Assembly (NCBI GenBank): GCA_017554185.1
Contig: JAFZIU010000028.1
Coordinates: forward strand, 1-61,452
DNA length: 61,452 nucleotides
DNA from: Spirochaetia bacterium
Lineage (GTDB): Bacteria > Spirochaetota > Spirochaetia > CADAEX01
Direction of reading: 5' to 3'
Both the position numbers and the translations under genes were made by a program. Numbering within the stretch: the stretch's first letter is position 1; every line of letters begins with the position of its first letter. This document shows, one piece after another, positions 28,738-39,802 of this stretch. The notes beneath the pieces are model-generated. The model did not search any database. It saw only the letters and a list, made by a program, of their open reading frames with translations, and was not told where the DNA came from.

Positions 28738-29924
28738 CCCTTCTTTCTTATAATATATCCCTTTTTCAGCTTTTTGTCTGTCTTTATATAAGCAATTTTA
28801 CCATGATCTGTTTTGGGCACACTCTGCATATCTTCATCCAGAAGAGTAAATCCCTCATCCGCAAGGTATAGGAGGTCTGGGCCTATGTACTCTATGCTGT
28901 CAGATGCAAGTATCTGGTTCTTGACATCAAGCCGATAAATGCCCTCTCCTGCCTGTTCCTCCACGCTGCCCAGGAACTGAGCCTCGGACATGTATGACTT
29001 GAAGGTAGGCATCTCAATCTCATCCTTGCCATAATAGAAGCCGGTGGAGAATTCACGGTGGCTGACATTGAATATCTCGTCCACATAGGGCTTGGGATCC
29101 TCTTTGGAAATCCCTTCGATATAATCCAGCTGCTTGCGGTAAGCCCGTGTAATCACTGCTGTGTAGTAGATGGACTTCATGCGTCCTTCTATCTTGATGG
29201 AATCGACCCCTGCATCCTTAAGTTCCTTAAGATGGTCTATCATGCAGAGATCCTTGGAAGAGAGGATAGAGGTAAAGTTCTCCCCCTGCACCACCGGGAA
29301 GTATTCACCGGGCCGCTCCGACTCCTCCAGCACCCTGTACTGCCATCGGCAGGAATGGGCACAGTCCCCCTGGTTTGCGCTGCGGTCGGCCAGATACTTG
29401 CTCAAGAAGCAGCGGCCCGAGTATGCAAGGCACATTGCACCGTGGGCAAACACCTCGATCTCCAGGCCAGGTACATTGTTCTTTATTGCCTCAATCTCCT
29501 TGAGGGAAAGCTCCCGGCCCAGCACTATACGCTTGATCCCCATGTCATGGTACATCTTGGCAGCCTCGGTGTTCACGCAGTTTGCCTGGGTACTGAGGTG
29601 CAGCTCCTTGTCGGGGAAATTCTTCTTAAGATAGCCCAGTATACCGATATCGCTGATTATAAAGCCATCCAGCGGATACTGATGTATGTAGTCTGATTCT
29701 TTTTCCAGAGTCTCGATATCGGAGTCGTGGAAGTAGATGTTTAGTGCAGTGTAGAGCTTTTTATTGCCCTTTACTCTGCGGATAGCCTCGTATTCGTCGG
29801 CAGAAAAATTGTCGGCCTTGGCACGGAGCGAGAAGTTTTTTATTCCGATATAAGCGGCATCTGCGCCATATTCATAGGCATAGTAGAGTTTTTCTATGTT
29901 CCCGGCCGGGGATAACAGTTCCAT
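28734..29924 (-). CDS. Peptidase U32 family protein (TrhP/YegQ-like tRNA hydroxylation)
   Basis: ELLSPAG, HLSTQ, HGAMCLAYSGRC, CAHSCRW and KIEGR motifs. Confidence 0.9.
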   Translation of the reverse strand: MELLSPAGNIEKLYYAYEYGADAAYIGIKNFSLRAKADNFSADEYEAIRRVKGNKKLYTALNIYFHDSDIETLEKESDYIHQYPLDGFIISDIGILGYLKKNFPDKELHLSTQANCVNTEAAKMYHDMGIKRIVLGRELSLKEIEAIKNNVPGLEIEVFAHGAMCLAYSGRCFLSKYLADRSANQGDCAHSCRWQYRVLEESERPGEYFPVVQGENFTSILSSKDLCMIDHLKELKDAGVDSIKIEGRMKSIYYTAVITRAYRKQLDYIEGISKEDPKPYVDEIFNVSHREFSTGFYYGKDEIEMPTFKSYMSEAQFLGSVEEQAGEGIYRLDVKNQILASDSIEYIGPDLLYLADEGFTLLDEDMQSVPKTDHGKIAYIKTDKKLKKGYIIRKKG

Positions 29925-29927
29925 TCT

Positions 29928-30761
29928 TCAATGGTATAATTTTTTAAGCCAACTGTAAAGTGTGTCTCCCCAGCCATAATTCATGCCAAAGCCATGGCCT
30001 CCTGTCTCCCGAAAGATAAACTCATGGCTTACCCCGGCCTGAGTAAGTGCCTGGTCTAAATCCACGCTGTTGCGGTAATCCACAGTCTTGTCATCCTTGC
30101 AGGCCAGAAGGAACACAGGAGGCATTCCGCTTTTCATCTGGCACTCCATGGAGAAAAGGTGCTTGGTTTCTTCCGATGCACTGCGCCCTAAAAGGCTGAT
30201 CTGGGACCAGTGGTGGGCATAGGGCTTTTCCATTGAGACCACTGGATAGACTGGGATTACAAAGTCGGGCTTCAGGCTTACATCAGTCTCAATCCCCAGC
30301 TCTTTCAGAAAGTTCTGGTTGCCGAAGGCTCCGGCCATAGTAACCAGATGACCGCCGGCCGAAAAGCCGATAGCTCCCACCCTGCCGGTATCTATATCAT
30401 ACGCAGCTGCATTTTCCCGCACCAGCTGCATAGTACGCTGGAAATCCTGAATCATTGCAGGATGATGATAGCCGTCCATAGCCACCCTGTATTTAAGTAC
30501 AAAGGCATGGTAGCCACGTTCTGTAAACCAGGCGGCAACTTCATGCCCCTCGTGCTTCATGCCCAGATGGTGGTAGCTGCCGCCGGGGCATATTATTACA
30601 GCCGCATGAACATCTGCCTCTTTCTCCGGTGCATAGACATAAAAGCAAGAACGCTCATTCCGCATGGAATGAACGTTCTTCCAGAGATATACCTTCTCCT
30701 GGCCCCAGACAGCGGTCAGAACCAGGAAAAAGATAATTGCAAGGCAGCTTGTCCGCCTCAT
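29928..30761 (-). CDS. Exported alpha/beta hydrolase (esterase)
   Basis: CPGGSY oxyanion motif, GFSAGG nucleophile, DDKTV and GGHGFG. Confidence 0.88.
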   Translation of the reverse strand: MRRTSCLAIIFFLVLTAVWGQEKVYLWKNVHSMRNERSCFYVYAPEKEADVHAAVIICPGGSYHHLGMKHEGHEVAAWFTERGYHAFVLKYRVAMDGYHHPAMIQDFQRTMQLVRENAAAYDIDTGRVGAIGFSAGGHLVTMAGAFGNQNFLKELGIETDVSLKPDFVIPVYPVVSMEKPYAHHWSQISLLGRSASEETKHLFSMECQMKSGMPPVFLLACKDDKTVDYRNSVDLDQALTQAGVSHEFIFRETGGHGFGMNYGWGDTLYSWLKKLYH

Positions 30762-32251
30762 TTAACAATTCCAATAATGATTTTCTGTCCCTTTCTATTT
30801 ATCTGGAACATCTTCTTGCTGGACTTGTCGTTCAGTGCATTATAGAACTCAGCCATATTGGTCACAGGCTTGTCGTTGATCTCCTGGATGACATCTCCGA
30901 CCTTGAGGTTTGCCTGTTCTGCAGCTGTACCCTGAGATACTGCCACAATCATGACACCCTTGATATCTCCGAGCTCACCCTTTGTCCTCATCTTCTCATC
31001 AATATTGATGGCAAGGAAACCTGGGAAGATGTCACGGTTGGCCTTAACCTTCTCCTCCTCATCCCTAGCTTCAAGAATTACACTGAGAGTCATCTCTTTC
31101 TTGTTCCTGATAAGGGTGAACTTAGCCTCTTCCTTTGGAGGAATAGTGCCGATCACCTTGGTCAGCTGTACAGAATCAGAGATTTCAGTTCCGTTGATCT
31201 TGGTGATGAAGTCACCGGGGAGGATTCCAGCCTTGTCTGCCGGAGAATCATTGAATACACCGAGAATAAGCCCACCGCCCTTGTTGCCAAGGCCCAGGTC
31301 CTTGCGCAGGTCTGGATAGCTGTGCTCATCCACTGTATCAATGGAAACACCAAGCCAGCCGTATTCAACCTTTCCTTTTGTGATAAAGTCGTTGGCAATA
31401 CGCTTTGCATTGTTGGAAGGAATGGCAAAGCCAAGTCCTATGCTGCCGCCGCTCTGGGTTGCAATCCAGGTGTTGATTCCCACAACCTCGCCTTTCATAT
31501 TGACCAGTGCACCGCCGGAGTTACCCGGGTTGATGGAAGCATCGGTCTGGATATAGTCGGTATAGTTTGAGATATTTCCGGTGCTCTTTCTCTGAAGACC
31601 GCTGATAATACCGCAGGTAACTGTGGACTCATAGCCGTAAGGTGAACCGATGGCAAGTACAATGTCTCCAACCTCAAGGGAATCGGAGTCTCCGAAGGTG
31701 GCTACAGGAACTTTCTCTGAACACTTGAATGATACAAGAGCCAGGTCAATTCTGTCGTCGGCACCAACTTTTGTAGCCTCGAATTTCTGGCCGTCAGAAA
31801 GCTTTACAGTAATCTGGTCTGCCTTTCCAGCCACATGGCTGTTGGTAAGTACAAATACTGTATCGCCATCCTGCTTGATGATGATACCGGAACCAAGACC
31901 CGGACGCTCATATTCTCTGTATGTCTTTCCATTTTTTCCATTGTTTTCGCCCCCACGGCCGCCGCCGAAGAAGAATTCAAATGGATTGAAGAAATTGAAT
32001 GGAGTGGTCTCCTGGCGCACAACCTCAACAACATCCAGTTCTACAACAGAAGGAAGCACCTTTTTGGTAATTCCGCTGAAGGAAAAGTATACTTCCCCTT
32101 TATTGCTGGGTACCACCCTCTGATCCTGGGATGGCTGGGTTTCAGCGGTTCCGCTTTCCGGTTTTGCCTGTTCAGATGAACCCATGGCAAAGATCAAGGA
32201 AGCTGCGAACATAAAGATTAAAAGCATAAGTAAAAATTTTTTAAGATGCAT
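30758..32251 (-). CDS. htrA: HtrA/DegP periplasmic serine protease with two PDZ domains
   Basis: TNSHV, DLAL and TDASINPGNSGG catalytic triad; two PDZ domains. Confidence 0.94.
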   Translation of the reverse strand: MHLKKFLLMLLIFMFAASLIFAMGSSEQAKPESGTAETQPSQDQRVVPSNKGEVYFSFSGITKKVLPSVVELDVVEVVRQETTPFNFFNPFEFFFGGGRGGENNGKNGKTYREYERPGLGSGIIIKQDGDTVFVLTNSHVAGKADQITVKLSDGQKFEATKVGADDRIDLALVSFKCSEKVPVATFGDSDSLEVGDIVLAIGSPYGYESTVTCGIISGLQRKSTGNISNYTDYIQTDASINPGNSGGALVNMKGEVVGINTWIATQSGGSIGLGFAIPSNNAKRIANDFITKGKVEYGWLGVSIDTVDEHSYPDLRKDLGLGNKGGGLILGVFNDSPADKAGILPGDFITKINGTEISDSVQLTKVIGTIPPKEEAKFTLIRNKKEMTLSVILEARDEEEKVKANRDIFPGFLAINIDEKMRTKGELGDIKGVMIVAVSQGTAAEQANLKVGDVIQEINDKPVTNMAEFYNALNDKSSKKMFQINRKGQKIIIGIVK

Positions 32252-32371
32252 ACATTTATCTCCTGATACTTAAAATATACTCACAAAACATAAACAAGCC
32301 AACAGTAAGAATGTTATAAAAAATCTCATTTTTTTCTTTTTTTTCTTTCCTTGCCATGCTAAACTTATTCC

Positions 32372-33649
32372 ATGCTGTGGAACATGCCTGTCATAGCCGC
32401 TATTTTCATCTCTCTTGGAGCTATTCTTATAGCAGACCGCGTCATAAAGAACCTGGCTGTCTCCATCCTGGCCGGGTCCTTCCTTCTTTCCATGCTTTCA
32501 AGGCGTACCCTGCTGGAGACCCTAAAGATAGCGGTATATAGGGTCTGCAACTTTGACTCCTGCATGCTTTTCCTGCTTATCTTCCTTATGATAACTATGA
32601 GCAACCAGATAAAGGAGAACAATATAATGGGTGCCATGACCGAGGGACTCAAGGAGAGGTTCTCCGGCAAGACCCTGCTGGTGTCGGTGGCTGCACTCAT
32701 AGGCCTTATCCCCATGCCGGGAGGAGCCCTGTTCTCTGCTCCGCTGGTAGAGGCCTGCGATACAGAACACCGGCTTTCAGGCGACACCAAGACACAGATA
32801 AACTACTGGTTCCGCCATATGTGGGAGTACTGGTTCCCCCTCTACGCCGGTGTAATAATGGCGCTGCAGATAACAGGGCTTGAGTTTTACCAGTTGTTCC
32901 TGGCCAATATCTCTATGTCTTTTATCCATATATTTGCAGGATATGTGTGCATCCTGAAGGGGCTGGACCTTCCGAAAGTGCAGCCACCTGCGGGGAAGAA
33001 GAAGCCGGTTGTCAGATATCTGCTTCCAATTATCATTATTATAGGAGGATCATTCCTCCTTTCTGCCCTGCTGCCGGCCCTCAAGGCCACATCCAAGTAC
33101 CTGCCGCTTATTCTTAGCATACTTACGGCTATAATCACCACCCAGATGTGGAAACCGCTGGGAAGCGCCGTGTGGAAGCGGCTCCTGGCTGCCAAGAACG
33201 CCTGGCGCATGGTGCTTGTTGTAGTAGTTATAACAATATACAGCGGCTTTATAGGGCAGCCTCTGGCCGACGGATCATACCTTATGGATGTGATGCGACT
33301 GGAGCTAAGCGAAACCGGTATTCCAACCATACTGCTCATTGCCATCCTGCCGCTGGTCAGCGGTATAGCCACTGGAATAGCCCTGGGCTTTGTGGGAACC
33401 AGCTTCCCAATCATCTTCTCGCTGCTGGGACCGGATCCAGCCCTTAAGAGCATAATTATAATGGTAATAATCGGCTACAGCTTCGGCCAGATAGGGCAGC
33501 TTCTCTCCCCTGTCCATGTGTGCAACGTGGTCACCAACCGGTTCTTCAACACAAGCCTGTTCAAGAACACATTCTTTATAGCAAAACCCTGCCTGTTCAT
33601 CGCAGCAGGTGCAATCATATCAGCATCAGTCGTCTACTGGATTCTGTAA
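32372..33649 (+). CDS. DUF401 family membrane protein
   Basis: IGLIPMPGGALFSAP, INYWFRHMWEYWFPLY and LSPVHVC motifs. Confidence 0.8.
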   Translation: MLWNMPVIAAIFISLGAILIADRVIKNLAVSILAGSFLLSMLSRRTLLETLKIAVYRVCNFDSCMLFLLIFLMITMSNQIKENNIMGAMTEGLKERFSGKTLLVSVAALIGLIPMPGGALFSAPLVEACDTEHRLSGDTKTQINYWFRHMWEYWFPLYAGVIMALQITGLEFYQLFLANISMSFIHIFAGYVCILKGLDLPKVQPPAGKKKPVVRYLLPIIIIIGGSFLLSALLPALKATSKYLPLILSILTAIITTQMWKPLGSAVWKRLLAAKNAWRMVLVVVVITIYSGFIGQPLADGSYLMDVMRLELSETGIPTILLIAILPLVSGIATGIALGFVGTSFPIIFSLLGPDPALKSIIIMVIIGYSFGQIGQLLSPVHVCNVVTNRFFNTSLFKNTFFIAKPCLFIAAGAIISASVVYWIL

Positions 33650-34303
33650 TAAGGTAAAATTGCTTTTATGACAGCGTATAAGGTTCTCTTTGCAAAGCTT
33701 GCTTATTTCTGCCGACAGCCCGCTCCGGTCCACTCCAAGATAATCGGCCAAAGTCTGCCTGTCATAGGGAATCACAAAAGAATCAGAGCCTTTTTTCTTT
33801 GCTGTCATGACCAGATATGCTAAAAGCTTATCCCTTGTAGTCCGTCTTGATGTCACAGATATTTTCTCCTCCAGCATCAGGTTTTTACGGGTTACAATCT
33901 TAAGAAGGTTAAAAATCATCCTGTTATGGAACGCACAGGCATGGCTGCAAGTACGGGTTATCCGTCTGGCATTGATAAGCATGACATAAGAGTCCTCGGC
34001 TGCTATTACATCCATGGGCATATGTTCTATATCAGAACAGGCAAAGTTTTCTCCAAAGGTCTGAGAAGTTTTCATCTCTCCGATTATACTTCGGTTACCA
34101 TAATAATCGGTACGGACTATCTGCACTTTTCCCGAAAGGACAATTCCCACACTCCCCGCCTTATCGCCTGCAGAGAATATATAATTACCTTTCCTATACT
34201 TGTGAGTCTTTGCTCCCAGGCAGTCAAGCATTGCTGAAACATGATCGGAATTGATTGAATCAAAGATGGGACAATTGTCTAAAGCTTTCAAAAAATTTTT
34301 CAT
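33626..34303 (-). CDS. Crp/Fnr family regulator, HcpR-like
   Basis: cNMP-fold FGE motif; HTH RQTLADYLGVDRSGLS; divergent from the hcp operon. Start reset to ATG 34303. Confidence 0.85.
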   Translation of the reverse strand: MKNFLKALDNCPIFDSINSDHVSAMLDCLGAKTHKYRKGNYIFSAGDKAGSVGIVLSGKVQIVRTDYYGNRSIIGEMKTSQTFGENFACSDIEHMPMDVIAAEDSYVMLINARRITRTCSHACAFHNRMIFNLLKIVTRKNLMLEEKISVTSRRTTRDKLLAYLVMTAKKKGSDSFVIPYDRQTLADYLGVDRSGLSAEISKLCKENLIRCHKSNFTLLQNPVDD

Positions 34304-34315
34304 TTTTTCTCTTTT

Positions 34316-34331
34316 TGTTGAATTTTCAACA
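34316..34331. promoter_or_regulatory. Palindromic operator, candidate HcpR site
   Basis: TGTTGAA-TT-TTCAACA (7-bp perfect arms) in the regulator/hcp-operon intergenic region. Confidence 0.6.
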
Positions 34332-34385
34332 TATCTCAAACAAAACATATGCTAAAAACAAGTATAAGTCAAGAAAGGAGACTAT

Positions 34386-35003
34386 ATGATCAGACAAATA
34401 ATAAAGATAGATGAAGATAAATGTAACGGATGCGGCCTTTGTGCTACCGCGTGCCACGAAGGTGCAATAAAGATAATAAATGGAAAAGCCAAGCTTATTC
34501 GTGATGATTACTGCGATGGAATGGGAGACTGCCTGCCAGGTTGCCCTACCGGAGCTATAACCTTTGAGAATCGGGAAGCCCTGCCCTATGATGAGAAAGC
34601 TGTACAGGAAGCAAAAGCTGCAGTTGCCATTCCCAGGAAAAGCTGTCTTGGCCAGTGGCCTTGCCAGATAAAGCTGGTGCCGGTTAATGCCCCTTATTTC
34701 AACGGAGCAAAGCTGCTGGTTGCAGCCGACTGCACTGCATACGCCTATGCCAATATGCATGAAGAGTTCATGAAAGGCAAGATAACCCTGATCGGCTGCC
34801 CTAAGCTTGATGCAATTGATTATTCAGAGAAGCTTACAGAAATCATTAAGAACAATGAGATAAAGAGTGTGACTATAGTCCGGATGGAAGTACCCTGCTG
34901 CGGAGGGCTCCAGTGGGCTGTTGAGACTGCACTTAAGGCCAGCGGGAAGTTTATCCCATGGCAGGTTGTCACCATCTCCCGGGATGGAAGGATATTAGAA
35001 TAA
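34386..35003 (+). CDS. 4Fe-4S ferredoxin-domain protein of hcp operons
   Basis: CNGCGLC..C and CDGMGDC...CP motifs; QWPCQIKL; GCPKLD; MEVPCC. AAGGAG RBS. Confidence 0.88.
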   Translation: MIRQIIKIDEDKCNGCGLCATACHEGAIKIINGKAKLIRDDYCDGMGDCLPGCPTGAITFENREALPYDEKAVQEAKAAVAIPRKSCLGQWPCQIKLVPVNAPYFNGAKLLVAADCTAYAYANMHEEFMKGKITLIGCPKLDAIDYSEKLTEIIKNNEIKSVTIVRMEVPCCGGLQWAVETALKASGKFIPWQVVTISRDGRILE

Positions 35004-35018
35004 AAAAGGAGAAAAGAA

Positions 35019-36590
35019 ATGGATAGAAAAATGTTTTGTTTCCAGTGTGAACAGACTGCTATGTGCAAAGGATGCACAGGAATGGCAGGAGTATGCGGCA
35101 AGAAGGCAGATACTGCCGGATTGCAGGATAAGCTTACAGGTACTATGGTAGCCCTGGCTTCTGCAGCACTTAAGGAACCGGAAAAAATCAACCCCGACAT
35201 GTCTAAGCTTATCATCAAGGGGCTGTTTACCACAATTACAAATGTAAACTTCAACAACCAGACTATAGGCGAGCTTACAGCATTGGTTCAGGCAGCATCT
35301 GAAACTCTAGAGACCGATGTTGTCCCATACGACATGAACAAGGTTTGGGATGCTGATGAAGATATCCGCTCACTTAAGTCTCTTATTCTTTTCGGAATAA
35401 GAGGTATGGCTGCATATGCATACCATGCTATGGTGCTGGGATATCGGGATGACTCAGTAGAAGCATTCTTCTACAAAGCTTTAGATGCAATCGGAAACGA
35501 CAGCTATGGCCTTAATGAGCTGCTGCCTGCAGTGCTTGAAGTGGGCGAGAAAAACTTAAGCTGCATGGCGCTTCTGGATAAGGCAAATACCGAAAGCTTC
35601 GGCCATCCGACCCCTGCAGAAGTGCCTCTTATGGTAGAAAAAGGGCCATTCATCATTATCTCCGGACATGACCTGTATGACCTTAAGCAACTTCTTGAAC
35701 AGACCAAAGACAAGGGAATCAATATCTATACACATGGCGAGATGCTCCCCGCACATGGGTATCCAGAGCTTAAGAAGTACCCTCACCTTAAGGGTAACTT
35801 TGGAACTGCATGGCAGAACCAGCAGAAGGAATTTGCAGATGTACCTGCTCCTATACTCTTTACTACCAACTGTCTTATGCCTCCGCGCGCCAACTATGCA
35901 GACCGTGTATTCACCACCGAGGTTGTCTCCTACCCGGAGATTATCCATATAGGAGAAAACAAAGACTTTACCCCTGTAATCAACAAGGCATTGGAATTGG
36001 GCGGTTATAAAGAAGACACCCAGTTTACCGGAATCAATGGCGGTAAGTGCCTTATGACTGGATTTGCACGGAATACTGTGCTTTCTGTGGCAGACAAGGT
36101 TATTGCCGGAGTAAAGAGCGGAGCTATCAAGCACTTCTTCCTGGTCGGGGGCTGCGACGGTGCAAAGGCTGGACGTAACTACTACACCGAGCTGGTAAAG
36201 CAGGCTCCTAAGGATTCCATCATCCTTACACTGGCATGTGGAAAGTTCAGATTCAACGACCTGGATCTTGGGACAATTGACGGCATTCCAAGAATTCTTG
36301 ATATTGGACAGTGCAATGATGCATATAGCGCAATCCAGATTGCTGTAGCGCTGGCAAATGCCTTTGGCTGCGGTGTGAATGATCTGCCTCTTTCCATCAT
36401 CCTTTCCTGGTATGAACAGAAAGCTGTATGTGTTCTTCTTACACTGCTCCACCTTGGAATCAAGAATATTCTGCTGGGACCATCACTTCCTGCATTTGTA
36501 TCACCAAATGTTCTTAAAGTGCTGGTAGAGAATTACAACATTGGACCAACAACAACTCCGGAGGCAGATTTAAAGAAAATTCTTGGATAA
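35019..36590 (+). CDS. hcp: Hybrid cluster protein (hydroxylamine/NO reductase)
   Basis: MFCFQCEQT..C..GVCGK, SGHDL, GGCDG, GQCND and SWYEQKA motifs. Confidence 0.97.
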   Translation: MDRKMFCFQCEQTAMCKGCTGMAGVCGKKADTAGLQDKLTGTMVALASAALKEPEKINPDMSKLIIKGLFTTITNVNFNNQTIGELTALVQAASETLETDVVPYDMNKVWDADEDIRSLKSLILFGIRGMAAYAYHAMVLGYRDDSVEAFFYKALDAIGNDSYGLNELLPAVLEVGEKNLSCMALLDKANTESFGHPTPAEVPLMVEKGPFIIISGHDLYDLKQLLEQTKDKGINIYTHGEMLPAHGYPELKKYPHLKGNFGTAWQNQQKEFADVPAPILFTTNCLMPPRANYADRVFTTEVVSYPEIIHIGENKDFTPVINKALELGGYKEDTQFTGINGGKCLMTGFARNTVLSVADKVIAGVKSGAIKHFFLVGGCDGAKAGRNYYTELVKQAPKDSIILTLACGKFRFNDLDLGTIDGIPRILDIGQCNDAYSAIQIAVALANAFGCGVNDLPLSIILSWYEQKAVCVLLTLLHLGIKNILLGPSLPAFVSPNVLKVLVENYNIGPTTTPEADLKKILG

Positions 36591-36643
36591 ATGTTGCATA
36601 TTTAGCCTCTTCTACAGTAAAATGTATAAGTCAGGAGGAGACC

Positions 36644-37198
36644 ATGTACTATACAATGGAAATTGCAGGTGTAAAACGGAACCTGGAGCTGTTTCCTATA
36701 AACGAGCATCTTTGCATTGCGGCATTCATTATGTTCGGCGATGTGGAGATTACCCAGGCAGCAGCAGCAAAACTGCTGGAGAAAGCACCTGATTTTGATA
36801 TCATTTTTACTGCAGAGGCTAAGAGTATTCCGCTGGCATACGAGATGGCCAAGCAGGCTGGAAGAAACGACTATGTTATTGCCCGTAAAGCCAAGAAAAT
36901 GTATATGAAGAATGTAGTGGGTGTCGAAGTAGATTCCATAACCACTGCCGGCAAGCAGCACCTATACCTGGGTCAGACCGAGGTTGACATGGTAAAGGGC
37001 AAGAGAGTCCTGATTGTAGATGATGTGATAAGCACAGGAAGTTCCCTTAAGGCCATGGAAGAATTGGTAAATAAAGCAGGCGGTAAAATTGTAGGCAAGA
37101 TGGCAGTTCTGGCCGAAGGCGATGCCATGGAGCGGCCCGATATTGTAGCACTCCACAAGCTGCCTCTTTTCGACGAGAAGGGAAACGTAAAAGACTGA
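36644..37198 (+). CDS. Purine (adenine/xanthine-type) phosphoribosyltransferase
   Basis: TAEAKSIP, ARK and VLIVDDVISTGSS PRPP loop; GGAG RBS. Confidence 0.85.
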   Translation: MYYTMEIAGVKRNLELFPINEHLCIAAFIMFGDVEITQAAAAKLLEKAPDFDIIFTAEAKSIPLAYEMAKQAGRNDYVIARKAKKMYMKNVVGVEVDSITTAGKQHLYLGQTEVDMVKGKRVLIVDDVISTGSSLKAMEELVNKAGGKIVGKMAVLAEGDAMERPDIVALHKLPLFDEKGNVKD

Positions 37199-37199
37199 C

Positions 37200-38354
37200 C
37201 TATTTAAAAGCTTCTGCAAGCCTTGTCATAGCCTGTTCCAGGATGCTCCGGGGACAGGCTATATTTATTCTTTCAAAAAGCTCTCCGCCTTCCCCAAAAA
37301 TATCACCATGGTCAAGCCAAAGCCTGGCTTCTTTCTCTACCCTTTCCTTGACTTCATCATTTGACAGACCGGTTCCATGGAAATCAAGCCACAGAAGATA
37401 TGTCCCCTCAGGCTCCACCAGATGGACAGAAGGCAGATTCTTGGCAAGGAAATCCTTTACATATGATATGTTGCCTTCCAGATACTCTTTAAGGGCTTCC
37501 AACCAGGGTTTTCCCATGGTGTAGGCAGCCTCGGCCGCAGTCATTCCAAGGGTATTTATCTCGTTGTAGCCATTGGCCTTATTTTCTTTTTTGAACCTGT
37601 TTCTTAAATCAGGGTTCGGAATCCAGATGTTGGAGACCTGCAGCCCTGCCAGGTTGAAGGTCTTGCTTGGAGCGGTACAGAGGATAAGCTTCTGTTTATA
37701 TTCATCACCAAGGGTGGCAAAGGAGGTGAACTTTATCCCCGGGCGGATGAAATCGCAGTGGATCTCGTCTGCTATAACAGTAACGCCATGGCGGCGGCAT
37801 ATCTCTGCAACTGCTGCCAGCTCATCATAGGTCCAGACCCGCCCCACCGGATTATGGGGGCTGCAGAGGATAAAGGCCTTGACATTGTTCTCTTTTATTG
37901 CGTCCTCAAAAGCCTTAAGATCTCTATGGTAACGGCCATCTTCATAGCAGAGAGGAGCAACTGTAAGCCTGCGCCCATTATCCTTTACAACTTGACTGAA
38001 CGGATAGTAGACCGGCTGTTCTATAAGAATTGCATCAGAAGGCTCTGTAACTGCTCTTATAGCAATGGACAAACTATAGACTACACCTGGTACTGTAACC
38101 CATTCTGAATGCCTTACATGATATCCATATTCCCGGGAACACCAGCTGTCCAGGGCATTCCAATAGGATGGCCCGGTCATGGTATAACCGAATATACCGT
38201 GGTCTACCCTTTTCTTTATTGCAGAGAGAATCTCGTCCGGCAGCGGAAAATCCATGTCTGCCACCCATAAAGGGAGCAGATCATGCCTTAAGTCATATTT
38301 TACCGATCCAGTTGAGTGCCTGTCCCGGACAGTGTCAAAGTTATAAGACATCAC
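37200..38354 (-). CDS. MalY/PatB PLP-dependent C-S lyase
   Basis: LWVADMDF, CSPHNPVG, DEIH and PSKTFNLAG motifs. Confidence 0.92.
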   Translation of the reverse strand: MMSYNFDTVRDRHSTGSVKYDLRHDLLPLWVADMDFPLPDEILSAIKKRVDHGIFGYTMTGPSYWNALDSWCSREYGYHVRHSEWVTVPGVVYSLSIAIRAVTEPSDAILIEQPVYYPFSQVVKDNGRRLTVAPLCYEDGRYHRDLKAFEDAIKENNVKAFILCSPHNPVGRVWTYDELAAVAEICRRHGVTVIADEIHCDFIRPGIKFTSFATLGDEYKQKLILCTAPSKTFNLAGLQVSNIWIPNPDLRNRFKKENKANGYNEINTLGMTAAEAAYTMGKPWLEALKEYLEGNISYVKDFLAKNLPSVHLVEPEGTYLLWLDFHGTGLSNDEVKERVEKEARLWLDHGDIFGEGGELFERINIACPRSILEQAMTRLAEAFK

Positions 38355-39802
38355 TTGCTGTAGTTAGGAGCCTCGTGGGTTATGGAGATGTCGTGTACAT
38401 GGCTCTCTTTAAGGCCTGCGCCGGTGATCTTGACAAACTTGCGGTATTTCTTGAGTTCATCAATGTTGTGGCAGCCGCAGTATGCCATACCTTTCTTGAT
38501 ACCAGTTACAATCTGATGCAGATAAGGTTTGAGCTCGCCCTTGAATGCAACTCTTCCTTCGATTCCCTCAGGAACTGGATCTTCGCCCGGCTTCATGCAG
38601 TAACGGTCTCCGCTGCCTGCGCCGATTGCGCTTAAGGAACCCATGCCTCTGTATTCCTTGAAGATTCTTCCTTCGTAGATAATCTCCCGGCCAGGTGCCT
38701 CTTTGAGTCCTGCAAACAGGTTACCGATCATTACTGCACTGGCGCCGGCTGCAAGAGCCTTTACTATATCGCCTGAGTACTTGATACCGCCGTCTGCGAT
38801 AACCGGGATATTGTACTTTGCAGCTTCCTCGGCGCAGTCAAGGACAGCGGAGAACTGCGGCATACCGCAGCCCGAGATGATTCTGGTGGTGCAGATTGAA
38901 CCAGGACCTATACCGATCTTGACTGCATCGGCGCCGGCGTCGATAAGACGCTTTGTGGCCTCGGCAGTAACAGTGTTTCCACCCATCACAGGAATATTGT
39001 ATTTCTTCTTTATATCTCTGATTGCGGCAGCAGACTCCTTGGTGTCGCCTGTAGCTGTATCCATGATGACAAAGTCTACATTGCTTTCCATAAGAAGAGG
39101 AATCCGCTGGTCATAGTCCTTAGGAGAGATGGCAGCACCTACTAAAAGTCTTCCTGTGCCGTCCAAAGCTGCATTCGGGTGGCGGCGCTTCTTATCCATA
39201 TCTTTATAGGTAAGAAGTCCGATTACACGGTGCTTGTCGTCGATTACAGGCAGCTTCTCTATCTTATATGTATCAAATTTCTTCTGGGCAGATTCTACCG
39301 ATGGAGTACCCTTTTCATACACAACCTTCTTGGTCATTATATCCTTGATAAGGACACGGTCGTCTGTGCAGAACCGCAGGTCTCTGGAGGTTACGATACC
39401 GCAGAGCCGCTTGTTTCTGTTGACAACAGGAATACCAGATGCATTGTTCACCCGCATAAGAGCGCGCAGGTCTGCCAATGTGGCATTCTGATCGATAACT
39501 CCAGGATTTTTGATGACCCAGTTGAGGTAACGTTTTACCTTCTCAACTTCCTCGGCCTGCTGAACAGGCTTGAAGTTGCGGTGGATTACACCTACTCCAC
39601 CCTCCAGTGCCAGTGCAATTGCCATCCGGGCATCGGTCACTGTGTCCATGGCGGCGGACATGATAGGAACATTCACAAATATATTGCCGATAAGCCGTGA
39701 AGTGACATCAGCTTCGCCAGGAGCGATATCTGTATAACCAGGAATCAGCAGAACATCATCAAAACTTAAACCTTCGTTAATTTGTAATTTCATATAACCC
39801 AT
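38351..39802 (-). CDS. guaB: IMP dehydrogenase
   Basis: [11 protein letters not shown] pair, [18 protein letters not shown] and ESHVHD motifs. Confidence 0.96.
   Translation of the reverse strand: MGYMKLQINEGLSFDDVLLIPGYTDIAPGEADVTSRLIGNIFVNVPIMSAAMDTVTDARMAIALALEGGVGVIHRNFKPVQQAEEVEKVKRYLNWVIKNPGVIDQNATLADLRALMRVNNASGIPVVNRNKRLCGIVTSRDLRFCTDDRVLIKDIMTKKVVYEKGTPSVESAQKKFDTYKIEKLPVIDDKHRVIGLLTYKDMDKKRRHPNAALDGTGRLLVGAAISPKDYDQRIPLLMESNVDFVIMDTATGDTKESAAAIRDIKKKYNIPVMGGNTVTAEATKRLIDAGADAVKIGIGPGSICTTRIISGCGMPQFSAVLDCAEEAAKYNIPVIADGGIKYSGDIVKALAAGASAVMIGNLFAGLKEAPGREIIYEGRIFKEYRGMGSLSAIGAGSGDRYCMKPGEDPVPEGIEGRVAFKGELKPYLHQIVTGIKKGMAYCGCHNIDELKKYRKFVKITGAGLKESHVHDISITHEAPNYSK

Noticed and set aside
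36591-36643. Purine riboswitch upstream of the PRTase (or of guaB)
   Set aside because: The intergenic regions are too short, lack the aptamer consensus and are explained by promoter plus SD.
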